From a virus: DNA of 64,000 nucleotides. The notes below the pieces were generated by a model. That model had not been told where the DNA came from and did no database searches. It saw only the letters and a list, made by a program, of their open reading frames with translations. The translations under genes were made by a program, and so were the position numbers. The DNA lies in IMG/VR virus record IMGVR_UViG_3300026311_000001, positions 1 through 64,000 of that record, one strand, 5' to 3'. Each line of letters begins with the position of its first letter. Within the stretch, counting starts at the first letter, position 1. Positions 26,623 to 36,597 of the stretch are shown in pieces.

Positions 26623-27110
26623 TATTTTGGAGGTTTTGGAGGATCAGGCGGTGGCGGTATTGTGTCATGCCCGGCGGTGATCATACTTGTCAGTCCTTGC
26701 GCTGCCGAAGCTATTGCGACAAAAGCGTCCTTTGCATCTTTGACCTCGCTCTGTGGCTTTAGTTCAGATTCATTGAGCCATAGAGGGGAGTTATAAAACT
26801 TGATTGTCCCGTCGTAGTACTCGATCAGAGGACACCAACCATAAATAGATTTCTTCAGTGCCGATATCAGGCTGATGTTGTCAATCGTATACTCATAAAT
26901 AAAAAGTTTAACCAGGTATTCAAAAAGCACATCACCGGAACCGCCTAACATACTTTTGATTTCAAATTCAGGAAGCTGGTTATTCAGAATTTCAATCACA
27001 CTTCCCTGAGTTGTGATATTCGAAATGTTATTCGAATTATCCGCATCGTGGAAATTGAACTCGATGTTCTTGTTTTCGTAAAGGGTTATATTTTTTATTC
27101 CTGCTTGCAT
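26622..27110 (-). CDS. hypothetical protein with Pro-rich C-terminus
   Basis: Track ORF ending in IPPPPDPPKPPK. Confidence 0.5.
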   Translation of the reverse strand: MQAGIKNITLYENKNIEFNFHDADNSNNISNITTQGSVIEILNNQLPEFEIKSMLGGSGDVLFEYLVKLFIYEYTIDNISLISALKKSIYGWCPLIEYYDGTIKFYNSPLWLNESELKPQSEVKDAKDAFVAIASAAQGLTSMITAGHDTIPPPPDPPKPPK

Positions 27111-27251
27111 AGCTTGAATTCGTTTCCTAAGTTACACCCCGGACAATCCTCATTCAACAGCCTCTGAAAATTCATGCACTTTGAACAATCAATTCCCTTC
27201 AGCTTTCTTTTAGCTTCCCGGAGTTGTTTTGGTGTGAGGTGGAGGGTCATT
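27093..27251 (-). CDS. small CxxC...CxxC protein (not in track, <60 aa)
   Basis: Hand translation: MTLHLTPKQLREAKRKLKGIDCSKCMNFQRLLNEDCPGCNLGNEFKLCKQE*. It fills the gap between two ORFs. Confidence 0.3.
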
Positions 27252-28616
27252 TTATTCAGTTACAGTTAATGTTAATTCAGCAGTTGTCCAAATACCTTGT
27301 AATGTTGTCACTTTACTAGCCGTGGCTGCTTCCATATCATCCCCACTAATATTTAACGTGCAATTTGCGGTTGGCGCATTAGTGGTATAATATGCAATCA
27401 TAGCATCCAACAAGGCATCTACTTTTAGCGATGGAAAAGCATTGTTTTCAATCCTCATCAAGGTCATACCAGTTCGGAAAGTGGTTAAATTATCAGCATT
27501 CGTGAAATCACAGTTGTATGCCCGGTAATTCAAGGCGTTAGTAGCATGAGGAGTAATTTGAGGAATACCCCCGTACAAACTCGTGGAATAGATATACACT
27601 ATGGTAGCTGATGCCGGTAGAATCCAATCAGAACAATCCCCGGTTAACTGTGGATTGTTATACAAATATATCTTGTCTATAGTTGCAGGAACAGTCCACG
27701 TACTTAAATCACTTGTATACCCATTATTGCCACAATATAAATTAACTAAACCGGGTAATAATGGTAAAGGTAAATGATTAATAAACCCATTACCACTCCC
27801 TGATGTAAATTGAGTGACGGCCTCAAATCCATCCTCACTGGTAGCAACAATCCATCCGTATTTACAAGTGATAGCCGGTAAATCATTTTGAGTAACAACA
27901 TCCCCTTCATCATACCCCACCATCCACCGTATAGTTTCCCCTGTCTTTGTATTGGTTTGGGTATTGATATTGGTAGCGGTATTTGAATTTTCAAGAAATA
28001 ACAGGAAATCACAACTATCTTTGTTTAATCCATCAGGCCCAAATGTGGTTAAGACGTAAGATGACCCAAGTATCCTTTCAATGGTGTCTTTTTGAGCTTG
28101 TGAAAAAGTATACATCTCATCATTAATATCCACATAACTGAGCATCATGGTATGCGCCCACGTTGTACCAACCTCCACCTCTCCCCCATACGCCACTACT
28201 TCCCGTCCCGTCCGGCCTCCGGTCAAAGCCTTTGGAGTAACTCTCACAAGAGGAAAGTATGTACTTGCCGTGTCTGGCAGGGTTAATGAATCATCTGTTT
28301 CTCCCGTCAGGATTAAAGCGTTTGCAAGGGTGCTGTCAGGGGTTAAGTACCATTGGTAAAGATGTGTTCCCGCTGAATCGTTTTCCCTGTCCTCATAAGT
28401 AGGATTAGCGGTTAATGTTTCTCCGGGTATGTTATCTCCTGTAATAGTTACTGAACTGAAGTAAGGATATTGATTGTAACGTATATCATTATCAATTATA
28501 ATAAGCGATTGCCCTTCTCCATTATACCAATAGATTGTATCAGGCGGGATTAGATATGTCTGTCCGAATACGGACAACGGGAAAAGTAATAGTATGAGTA
28601 GTTTACTGTTTTTCAT
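27252..28616 (-). CDS. fibre/receptor-binding-like protein with signal peptide and LRR-like C-terminal region
   Basis: MKNSKLLILLLFPLSVFGQ is a Sec-type leader. There are repeated L..N..LTG-like units (YLYNNPQLTGDCSDW...). Confidence 0.45.
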   Translation of the reverse strand: MKNSKLLILLLFPLSVFGQTYLIPPDTIYWYNGEGQSLIIIDNDIRYNQYPYFSSVTITGDNIPGETLTANPTYEDRENDSAGTHLYQWYLTPDSTLANALILTGETDDSLTLPDTASTYFPLVRVTPKALTGGRTGREVVAYGGEVEVGTTWAHTMMLSYVDINDEMYTFSQAQKDTIERILGSSYVLTTFGPDGLNKDSCDFLLFLENSNTATNINTQTNTKTGETIRWMVGYDEGDVVTQNDLPAITCKYGWIVATSEDGFEAVTQFTSGSGNGFINHLPLPLLPGLVNLYCGNNGYTSDLSTWTVPATIDKIYLYNNPQLTGDCSDWILPASATIVYIYSTSLYGGIPQITPHATNALNYRAYNCDFTNADNLTTFRTGMTLMRIENNAFPSLKVDALLDAMIAYYTTNAPTANCTLNISGDDMEAATASKVTTLQGIWTTAELTLTVTE

Positions 28617-29103
28617 AAGCTCCTATATCTGGTGTTCCATTCATTGTATTTTCCAAAATATCCCAAGTTTGACCCCAATCATTTCCTGTATTAATAAGAT
28701 CAGAGCCAGTTACTAATCTATAATCATTAGTTGCAGCATCCTCAAAGTCAGATGCGCATGTATCAATATCTGCATGATATGTTACTGCGGTATGTTCATC
28801 AATATTACCTATATGCATGTAAACGCCCGTAAAGCCAGGGACGTCCTTAAGCATAATATGCCACTTGAACCATGAATATTTGACACGGTACTTTATAGTA
28901 AGCGGAGACGGCTTTCCATTAACCAGCGTTTTATTCAGCACTAACCTGTACCTTCCTTCAGGGACACGCGTTTCCTTTTTAACCTTCACAGCATGAAATT
29001 CATCTTCCAGGATAAATGCATCGGGGTATGATAGATCGAAGGCGAAGAACAGCCCGTAGGTATAGTCTTCAGCATGAGCAAAACGGTGGAGAAATACTTC
29101 CAT
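28603..29103 (-). CDS. DUF5675-like N-terminal domain fused to a beta-helix-protein C-terminal motif
   Basis: The N-terminal part resembles ..TYG.F......ILEDE......K.ETR.PEG.Y.L..........HIML.DVPGF.GV..H.GN. The tail reads DYRLVTGSDLINTG...DIGAYE. Confidence 0.4.
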   Translation of the reverse strand: MEVFLHRFAHAEDYTYGLFFAFDLSYPDAFILEDEFHAVKVKKETRVPEGRYRLVLNKTLVNGKPSPLTIKYRVKYSWFKWHIMLKDVPGFTGVYMHIGNIDEHTAVTYHADIDTCASDFEDAATNDYRLVTGSDLINTGNDWGQTWDILENTMNGTPDIGAYEKQ

Positions 29104-29388
29104 TTATCCAAAAATTAATTTAAAAGCGATTGAAAACCCTATTGTAATTACAGCGGCGGCACCTAATATCCATGCACGATCCGTATTATAACGTTCCCTT
29201 AGTTTTGTGATTTCCTGCTTATTATCTGAAACCTCATGAATCAACCCTTTCCCTTGCGTATATTCTGAACCAAGTAATTCCCTCTTAATGTCAGTTACAT
29301 CTTGTGGAACATCTTTCAGGGCATTAACAATTGTTCTGAAATTGTCAATTTCATCCTTCATAATGCAAGCGCCGTTTTTAGTAGTCAT
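29104..29388 (-). CDS. C-terminally anchored small protein
   Basis: C-terminal TM segment AWILGAAAVITIGFSIAFKLIF. Confidence 0.45.
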   Translation of the reverse strand: MTTKNGACIMKDEIDNFRTIVNALKDVPQDVTDIKRELLGSEYTQGKGLIHEVSDNKQEITKLRERYNTDRAWILGAAAVITIGFSIAFKLIFG

Positions 29389-29426
29389 AGCAAATCATTA
29401 TTAAAGTGATTATTAATGTAGTCATA

Positions 29427-31952
29427 TTAATTTGCTTCAATTGCCTCAACCCAGTTATCTTTAATTATCTGATCTCCAGTATCATTGGGGTGTACCCCAT
29501 CCCCTGAATCAAAAGCCTCATCTAAATACTCATCTTCATCCAAATCAAGCCCCGTGGTGTTCGCGGTCATCACATAATCAATTCCTGTGATTGTACTGCT
29601 TATTGCGGCATTTAAAGCCAACCATTTCGTATGATTTACCTCACCCTCTGCTGTGGGCGTCAATGTCGCTGCAATAATTATAGCTTCCGGCGCATCGGTA
29701 TTTAGTTGATCAACCAAAATTTGATAATGGCCAGGACCGTCTGCTTCGGCACCAAGATCGTTAAGACCTATTTGTAAGCATATATATTCAAACGATTGTT
29801 GGGCCGAATCACTTAGTGCGTCCCACGCTGTTTTTTGTTGAAGAATTGTGTGGCCTGAAACCGCAATATTTGTTATCACATAAGGTTCGTCGTCGGCAAT
29901 AAACAAATCATCAATAGGGGCCATAGTGCTATTCCCGAGTAACAATACTTCCGATTGATCAATTTCAACCGTGAACCTTACACCAATATATCCACCATCG
30001 TAATCAGCCGAATACCTTACAAAAAGATACCTCCCTGAGCTTGTATATGGACCCAGGCTTGATATATCACCAATGGGACCCTCTTTCAGTTCAAGAAAAT
30101 TATTATCAGTTTGGTTCCCATCAAGTATATGGATTCTATCACCGTTGCCTATTCCGCCAGCGGTAAAGTCTACCGTTGCAGTATTCCCCTCACCGGCATC
30201 TATCAGCCATGTTTCATCAAATCCATCAAGGACAAAACCATAGTCACTGCTTTGATAAGTATTTTCTTCTGTGATCAAGTGATCGTATTTTAAATTTTTA
30301 TTCTGAATTGGTTGCGGAGTTTTTAAAAATGGATTTGCGTGCAATGCTTGCGTTCCCCAGGTCGGATCATCTTCCAGTGTGAATAGCTTGAAATTATCAA
30401 GTATAACATAGCATCCATCGTCTGAAGGAGCATAATATTCTCCAGTACCGCCATGAAAGCTACATATAATCACTCCGTCAATACCCCATGCCGGATCATC
30501 AACCTCCATATATTTTATCTCATCATCTTCAAGTACTTTATGCCCATCTGCCCATACCTCATGTATGCCATCTGTGTTTGCATCCCCACCTGTAAAAGTA
30601 TTGATGGCCACCCTTTGAACTACCTCGTATTCATTGCCATAAACCATGAAAATAGTATCCAGCCAATCCGTATTAGCCCATCCGCACCATATTTTATCGT
30701 GTGAATATTCATAAGTATACCATTCCCCAGCCTGTTCAAAGTTAACTTTAGCTATAAAGCCATCACTGCCCTCCGGGCATTCTCCCGGTGAAAATCCTTT
30801 TGGCTTTGCCGAAAACCCCGGCATTTTACCGCCACCGGAACTGTTATAGTTCCATGAATATTTTATATGAAAGCTGAGATAGTACTCTCGCGCATCAGGG
30901 ACCACCACTGATACCTCAAAGCCTCCGATAGTAGCCCCCGGCGGGCTATAAACTTTCAATGCTTTGGAAATCTCACCGTCGATAGTGTCGAGAACTATTG
31001 AAGATACCGGTACGCCTAAATATACATTGACGTTGTTATAGTTAGTTTCGGGCCAATATTTAACAGAACTATCATAACTAAACACGCCAAGGTTCATTCG
31101 GCTGAAATCTTCTTCCCATATTATATTATCTTCTGGTTCAGGAACGACTTTTTGTGGTTTACCTTTTTTCCTGAATAGATTTTTCTGGACATACGATGAA
31201 CCGACCTTCCTGTATCTGTCTTTCAGCACATTGTTTCGATATGTGTTTTTTTCTATGCGTGTTTCTACCACGAACGGATAAGAAATACCATTATATAAAC
31301 TACTGGCCTCATCTGTCGTCAGTACACGACTCCACATACCAACTTCGTCAATTAATCCATTGAAATCTCTTAATGTCGATGAACTAGTATATGTCCCTAT
31401 TATATTTGAGCTGCTCCCATTGGTAACATTTGCTGTTAGTGTAAACGTTCCCGCAGGTGATCCGTTTATATAATATGTTCCAGTGTTTGCTGTTGTATTA
31501 AATGTGACTAATATATAATGCCAGTTATTAACAGATATAGTACTTGTACTTTGATCTGCCTCTGACACGTTCACGATAACAAATTGTATCGCCCCATTAT
31601 TTCTTACAACCAAAGATGCTGCACCTGTTTCACCCCCCACAACGGCAATAAATGAACTCTCATAACTAATGACTTTCACCCATGCACCTATAGATAGGTT
31701 TCCAGTTAATTGTATCCGGGCATTATCCGGGAGTGTAATGAATTGTGAACTACCATTAAATGAGTACGCATTCCCTATATGTCCTGACACTCCCTGTGTA
31801 GCCCCTGTTACTGTTCCGTTGTTATATCCTGTTGCGTCAATAGCATTCCCCGAAGACTCATCCAACTTCCAATACCCGTTTATATCAGTCAGTAAGCTAG
31901 ACTGAGAATACGCATTAACACAAACCAATAAGCATATAATTATTTTTCGCAT
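29427..31952 (-). CDS. large fibre/spike-like protein: signal peptide, LamG/concanavalin-like N-terminal region, C-terminal SGNH/GDSL esterase domain
   Basis: N-terminus MRKIIICLLVCVNAYSQ. ..WKLDESSGNAIDATG..GTV.GA...G.IGNAYSF.G is LamG-like. C-terminal blocks LLLGNSTM (I), GLNDL (III) and DGVHPND (V) are SGNH-like. Confidence 0.6.
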   Translation of the reverse strand: MRKIIICLLVCVNAYSQSSLLTDINGYWKLDESSGNAIDATGYNNGTVTGATQGVSGHIGNAYSFNGSSQFITLPDNARIQLTGNLSIGAWVKVISYESSFIAVVGGETGAASLVVRNNGAIQFVIVNVSEADQSTSTISVNNWHYILVTFNTTANTGTYYINGSPAGTFTLTANVTNGSSSNIIGTYTSSSTLRDFNGLIDEVGMWSRVLTTDEASSLYNGISYPFVVETRIEKNTYRNNVLKDRYRKVGSSYVQKNLFRKKGKPQKVVPEPEDNIIWEEDFSRMNLGVFSYDSSVKYWPETNYNNVNVYLGVPVSSIVLDTIDGEISKALKVYSPPGATIGGFEVSVVVPDAREYYLSFHIKYSWNYNSSGGGKMPGFSAKPKGFSPGECPEGSDGFIAKVNFEQAGEWYTYEYSHDKIWCGWANTDWLDTIFMVYGNEYEVVQRVAINTFTGGDANTDGIHEVWADGHKVLEDDEIKYMEVDDPAWGIDGVIICSFHGGTGEYYAPSDDGCYVILDNFKLFTLEDDPTWGTQALHANPFLKTPQPIQNKNLKYDHLITEENTYQSSDYGFVLDGFDETWLIDAGEGNTATVDFTAGGIGNGDRIHILDGNQTDNNFLELKEGPIGDISSLGPYTSSGRYLFVRYSADYDGGYIGVRFTVEIDQSEVLLLGNSTMAPIDDLFIADDEPYVITNIAVSGHTILQQKTAWDALSDSAQQSFEYICLQIGLNDLGAEADGPGHYQILVDQLNTDAPEAIIIAATLTPTAEGEVNHTKWLALNAAISSTITGIDYVMTANTTGLDLDEDEYLDEAFDSGDGVHPNDTGDQIIKDNWVEAIEAN

Positions 31953-33694
31953 TTCTCAAGATATTGTTTCAAAAGCAATTGTTCAAGTACTGAAACCCTA
32001 TTTCTTAACTCTTCAAGTTCTATATCTTGCTGTTCATTCTGTTTCAGCAAAAACTCATTCATAGCCTGTAATCTCGGAATAGCAGATTTCCATGAGTTTC
32101 CAATTGTATAATGTTTTTTACCGTTTATATCATACCATGCTATTTCCCCACCGTAAGTATCCGACAACATATCTTTCGCCTTCTTTAGTGGTGCTTTTAA
32201 CGCCCATCCGGCATCTGGCAGTGAGTCTGTTATTATGGCGCCAGTGGCACTTAACCCCAACGACATATCACCATTTATAGAACCTATAAGGTATGGGAGG
32301 TAAACTGAATCCCCGGTAGCTATTATGGTGCCATTTAATGAAACAGAATCTTCGTCCATATAAGTATTGGACGACCCCGTTATCGTACTTGATGACGAGA
32401 AATATGTTATTTGGTTTAGGTCTGGTGATCCAGTAGTTGCCATACCCCCACCAAACGTAGATGACGCAGCTAATGATATACTACCATCTGGAGCCACAAT
32501 CGGTACCGAATATACTTCCGGTGCTGAAGTAAACGATACAAGGTTTACGTGTGTCCCATTTGCTGTTATAACAGACCCGGCATGTACACGTGTCGCACTT
32601 AATCCCGTGACAACTGCCGAATCCATTAGATTATTTATCTTTTTGCTTAATCCTGAATTATATTCTGAGGTAAATGTAGATTGCGCTCCTGCTACTAATC
32701 CTAGCTTGTCTGCGGACACCCATGAGTAACCGGTGTTAGCATCACTGTAATTTGGTCGTATAGGAGCCGATGTAGACGTTGGACTTGTATTCAAAACAAC
32801 GGCATTTTTTGTATAAAATCCTCCATCCACACTACCTGCTATTATAGTAACCCCGTAACCACCTGCATATTCAAAATAAAAGATACCATTTGAAGGCCCA
32901 TTACTCCTAATTCTTTTCGACCCAGAAGGATTAAATAATAAAGTGTCAATTGTTACCGAAGTCCAGCTACTATCCCCTGATGGATCAACCCCATCCACGG
33001 CACTAGCTATCAATGACTCTATTTCTGCCGGATACATATAAGTTAATGTATCCCTGTAATTATCTATAGCTGTAGCCACATCATCATCACTGGCTGAATT
33101 ATCCGTTATAAGAGTTATTAACTGACTTATCGTTAATGTAGAATCCCCAATCCATCCCCTTATCGTACTTTCTATATCCGGTATTACATTTAACGTATCC
33201 CTGAAATTATCCAAATTAGTGTTTAGTGTTTCAAGGTTTATTGAATACGATTCCACAATATCAATTACAGCTTGTTCATCTACCCCGCTTGCATCTATCA
33301 TATCCTGGATCTGACTTGATGTTAATATGTTTGATGCATTAAGCCATGTTACCCCGTCATCAAAGGATATAGAATCTACCTTAAGACTGCTTAATGCTGA
33401 TAAAGCTATGTCAGGCGCAATATGCTGTTTGCCATATAATGTATTGAAAGCTGTCATCGCAGAATCCATTAACCCACTTCTCCCTGTCAATGCACCCAAT
33501 AAATACAAGTCCATGAGCGTGTTGCCTTGTTCGAGTATTTTTTGTGAGTTTAATGCTTTTGATAAATTATTATTATCTGCATAATTCTTGTACTGTGCGT
33601 AGTTTCGGTAAAGTGTGGTGAGTACTGAGTTTTGGGAATATCCGTATAATGTGATTATACTTAATCCGATAAACAATATTAATCGTTTCATCAC
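31940..33694 (-). CDS. fibre-like protein with signal peptide and C-terminal coiled coil
   Basis: MMKRLILFIGLSIITLYGYSQ leader, a Ser/Thr/Gly-rich beta-type body, and the tail ..QQDIELEELRNRVSVLEQLLLKQ. Confidence 0.45.
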   Translation of the reverse strand: MMKRLILFIGLSIITLYGYSQNSVLTTLYRNYAQYKNYADNNNLSKALNSQKILEQGNTLMDLYLLGALTGRSGLMDSAMTAFNTLYGKQHIAPDIALSALSSLKVDSISFDDGVTWLNASNILTSSQIQDMIDASGVDEQAVIDIVESYSINLETLNTNLDNFRDTLNVIPDIESTIRGWIGDSTLTISQLITLITDNSASDDDVATAIDNYRDTLTYMYPAEIESLIASAVDGVDPSGDSSWTSVTIDTLLFNPSGSKRIRSNGPSNGIFYFEYAGGYGVTIIAGSVDGGFYTKNAVVLNTSPTSTSAPIRPNYSDANTGYSWVSADKLGLVAGAQSTFTSEYNSGLSKKINNLMDSAVVTGLSATRVHAGSVITANGTHVNLVSFTSAPEVYSVPIVAPDGSISLAASSTFGGGMATTGSPDLNQITYFSSSSTITGSSNTYMDEDSVSLNGTIIATGDSVYLPYLIGSINGDMSLGLSATGAIITDSLPDAGWALKAPLKKAKDMLSDTYGGEIAWYDINGKKHYTIGNSWKSAIPRLQAMNEFLLKQNEQQDIELEELRNRVSVLEQLLLKQYLEKCEK

Positions 33695-33734
33695 TATTTT
33701 TTCTCAAAAATAGCAATTCTATTAAACTGGATTT

Positions 33735-34406
33735 TCAAACGGTTTTTGCGGCGATCTTACACCTTTGGCAGTAGTAATATTTTTTACCTAATATTTTGTA
33801 AATATCATTCTCCAACTCAGGTGCGAACTTATTAAATTCATCGGTGAATATTACCTTATCCCCTTTTTTTACATCTATCCCTTCATCGGCATTTTCTAAC
33901 GTACTCTTGGTATAATAATAATTTGGATAAGATGTGTATTCTATAACGCCGTAACGGTAATCAATGACTTTTAAAGATGGTGCAGCTAAGTTTAGTTTTG
34001 TTTTGTATGTTTGGTATACCGGGGTAAAAAGCAGATATCCATTAACAGGGATGATCTTTTCTTTTCTTAATGCCGCAATGATATGATAATAAAGTATCAT
34101 CCGATATTCTTTCCCGTCTGCCGTTTTTATTACTTTTGCGAATAACGAATCATGATATTGTACGAATATTTTATCTCCTTTTTTTAAGTCTATCTTTGTT
34201 TTCCAGTATCCTCTTACTTCAGTTAGTTCTTCAGGAAGTTCAGCTACTTCAAATACACGTTCTACATTTTGCGTTAAATACTGGTCTCTATGATAAGATT
34301 CCGCTACCCTCTGAAGCCCTCCTTTAGTTTTTTCCTGAAAGTTATTTTTGATCCTTAAACATAACACATAATTGTTCTGAGGTTTCAATCCTTTTATCGT
34401 ATCCAT
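33735..34406 (-). CDS. hypothetical protein
   Basis: Track ORF 33735..34442; likely ATG at 34406 (MDTIKGLKPQ...). Confidence 0.5.
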   Translation of the reverse strand: MDTIKGLKPQNNYVLCLRIKNNFQEKTKGGLQRVAESYHRDQYLTQNVERVFEVAELPEELTEVRGYWKTKIDLKKGDKIFVQYHDSLFAKVIKTADGKEYRMILYYHIIAALRKEKIIPVNGYLLFTPVYQTYKTKLNLAAPSLKVIDYRYGVIEYTSYPNYYYTKSTLENADEGIDVKKGDKVIFTDEFNKFAPELENDIYKILGKKYYYCQRCKIAAKTV

Positions 34407-34752
34407 CCTTATTACCTCGTGGATTTCTCTTTGGGTTTGCATAATTGTATCTCCCTCTGTATTTATATTTTTTTATTACTTTCTCATCAAGATAAAGCCT
34501 TCTTCTTAATACTATTGCATCTATCGCTTCTAAGGTTTCTTCGCACTCTTTTTTTAGGGCGATCTTTTCATTGGTTTGTTTTAAGAATTCTATCCTGATT
34601 ATTTTTTCTTCAGTCTTAGTCTTGACTGTCTCGATGGTATTATTCACAAAGTTTGTTATCAGGTCGTCAAATTCACTTTCGTCCGCGAAATTTCTTGTGG
34701 ATATGATAGCCAGTAATTCGCTAACCGTATTTCCTACTTCGATGATATACAA
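34342..34752 (-). CDS. hypothetical protein
   Basis: Track ORF of 136 aa. Confidence 0.45.
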   Translation of the reverse strand: MYIIEVGNTVSELLAIISTRNFADESEFDDLITNFVNNTIETVKTKTEEKIIRIEFLKQTNEKIALKKECEETLEAIDAIVLRRRLYLDEKVIKKYKYRGRYNYANPKRNPRGNKDGYDKRIETSEQLCVMFKDQK

Positions 34753-34820
34753 AATATTATATGATATGTAATGTAAAAATAAGTAAATTATACTATATTT
34801 GAAAAAAATTTCGTAACATT

Positions 34821-35012
34821 ATGCCAGATTTTGAAAAAAACGAAATCTATTTTATCAATTTCCTTCATGATTTACAATCCGAAATATCAGATTTTTTCTA
34901 TGACATAGCAATGGGTGAAGAATATAACGAAGATACCGCAGGGAGGTTATTCAGGTTCTATAAACTAAACCAACAATTACAGGCTGACAACCAACGAAAA
35001 ACCCCGGCTTAG
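34821..35012 (+). CDS. hypothetical small protein
   Basis: Track ORF of 63 aa, ending inside a bidirectional terminator. Confidence 0.35.
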   Translation: MPDFEKNEIYFINFLHDLQSEISDFFYDIAMGEEYNEDTAGRLFRFYKLNQQLQADNQRKTPA

Positions 35013-35030
35013 TTCCGGGGTTTTGCTTTT
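34997..35030. terminator. bidirectional rho-independent terminator
   Basis: AAAACCCCGG-cttagtt-CCGGGGTTTT between convergent ORFs. Confidence 0.6.
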
Positions 35031-35313
35031 AAGTAGTATTATCCGAATCCTCTATCGCGGCTACTGTTTCTGTACACCACAAATCGAGATAATCACTTGG
35101 CCCATCACCTACGTCTATTCTGACACGGGAATTTGTGATACCATCAACGATACCATCTTTCTTACACACCGAAGGAATAATAGATATTACCTTATCGGTA
35201 TTAATTGCCCATACTTCAGATGCATAGTTTACTGCCCTTCTCATCTTCTGACGAGCGCGGGTTACTGTTACGCTTTGTAAACTCATTTCTATTTTATTTT
35301 TAATGTTTGTCAA
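35029..35313 (-). CDS. hypothetical protein
   Basis: Track ORF of 94 aa. Confidence 0.5.
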   Translation of the reverse strand: MTNIKNKIEMSLQSVTVTRARQKMRRAVNYASEVWAINTDKVISIIPSVCKKDGIVDGITNSRVRIDVGDGPSDYLDLWCTETVAAIEDSDNTT

Positions 35314-35373
35314 ATATATATATTTGTTTTTTGGCGTTTTTTATGTACATTTATGCCATAATTCAGTTAGTTT

Positions 35374-35931
35374 ATGGGTAAAATATTAGGGGTCGATGAG
35401 AACGGTGTATACGTTATCGACAAATCACAGCCGGTAAAACTCGATTTAGGTAGTGGATTAAATCAGATGCCTCATGAAGACGGGTGGATTCACCAGGATG
35501 TATCTTCAGCAAATGGAATAGAGATTGTATGTGAGTGGAAAAAAATACCATTAGAATCGGGAATAGTTGATATATGCAGAATGGGAGACATAATAGAGCA
35601 TATATTCCCGGATGATAAGGATACCATATTGAAAGAATGGAATAGGATTTTAAAAATAGGGGCAAAAGTACATCTTACAACTCCAAACTTTGACTATTCA
35701 TGCAGGGAATACACTCTTGGAAGAATGACGTTACATGAAGCACAACAAAATCTTTACGGCGACAGGATGAACCAATGGTCAATTCATTGGGGAACATATA
35801 CATTATCAACACTAAGAGAAACTTTAGAAAAATACGGATTTGGAGAAATAGACTTTAGTGAATCTCCGGGAGAAAAAAATTGTCCGTGGTGGATTGTTGC
35901 CAACTTTATTAAGATTAATAATGTTCACTAA
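35374..35931 (+). CDS. class I SAM-dependent methyltransferase
   Basis: VKLDLGSGLN (motif I), DICRMGDIIEHI, LKEWNRILKIGAKVHLTTPN (post-II/III). Confidence 0.7.
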   Translation: MGKILGVDENGVYVIDKSQPVKLDLGSGLNQMPHEDGWIHQDVSSANGIEIVCEWKKIPLESGIVDICRMGDIIEHIFPDDKDTILKEWNRILKIGAKVHLTTPNFDYSCREYTLGRMTLHEAQQNLYGDRMNQWSIHWGTYTLSTLRETLEKYGFGEIDFSESPGEKNCPWWIVANFIKINNVH

Positions 35932-35940
35932 TATCTAAGA

Positions 35941-36597
35941 ATGTCTAAAACAATAGCACTTATCATTAATTGGAATAGGCTTGAATATCCTAAAAACATG
36001 GCCGACTGGCTGGCTGAAAACGGGACTGTTGAACCAATAATAGTAGACAATGGCAGCACTTATCCACCGCTTTTAGAATATTACAAAAAATGTCCTCACA
36101 AAGTAGAGATGCTTAACGCCAATTGGGGGCCTGCCGGAATATTTTTATGTGGTGTCCTTGAAAAGTACGGAGTATCAGAAAATTTCATAATAACTGATTC
36201 TGATCTCGATTTAACCGGAGTACCAAGTGATTTTTTACACATCCTACGACTAGGATTAGACAGGTATAGTTTTGCTCATAAATCAGGATTCTCTTTAAAA
36301 ATAGATGATTTACCTGAAAACGAACTAAAAGAATATGTCCTTCAATGGGAGCGACCGGCGTGGGGCAATAAATTAGATAGTCAATTTTATTCAGCATATA
36401 TTGACACTACTTTTTGTCTTTGCAGAAAGATTTATAATGATTTCCCATCGGTAAGATCGGCTCCGCCGTATCAGGTTCGACATTTACCGTGGTATTTAAC
36501 CAAAGAAAACATCCCTCATGACGAAAAATACTACCTTGAACATACATCGTCATGTAGTGCATATGCAGAAAGATTAAAACTAATGTTAGGAATATGA
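35941..36597 (+). CDS. glycosyltransferase family 2-like
   Basis: ALIINWNRLEYPKNMADWL....EPIIVDNGSTY is the typical GT2 N-terminus. Confidence 0.55.
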   Translation: MSKTIALIINWNRLEYPKNMADWLAENGTVEPIIVDNGSTYPPLLEYYKKCPHKVEMLNANWGPAGIFLCGVLEKYGVSENFIITDSDLDLTGVPSDFLHILRLGLDRYSFAHKSGFSLKIDDLPENELKEYVLQWERPAWGNKLDSQFYSAYIDTTFCLCRKIYNDFPSVRSAPPYQVRHLPWYLTKENIPHDEKYYLEHTSSCSAYAERLKLMLGI

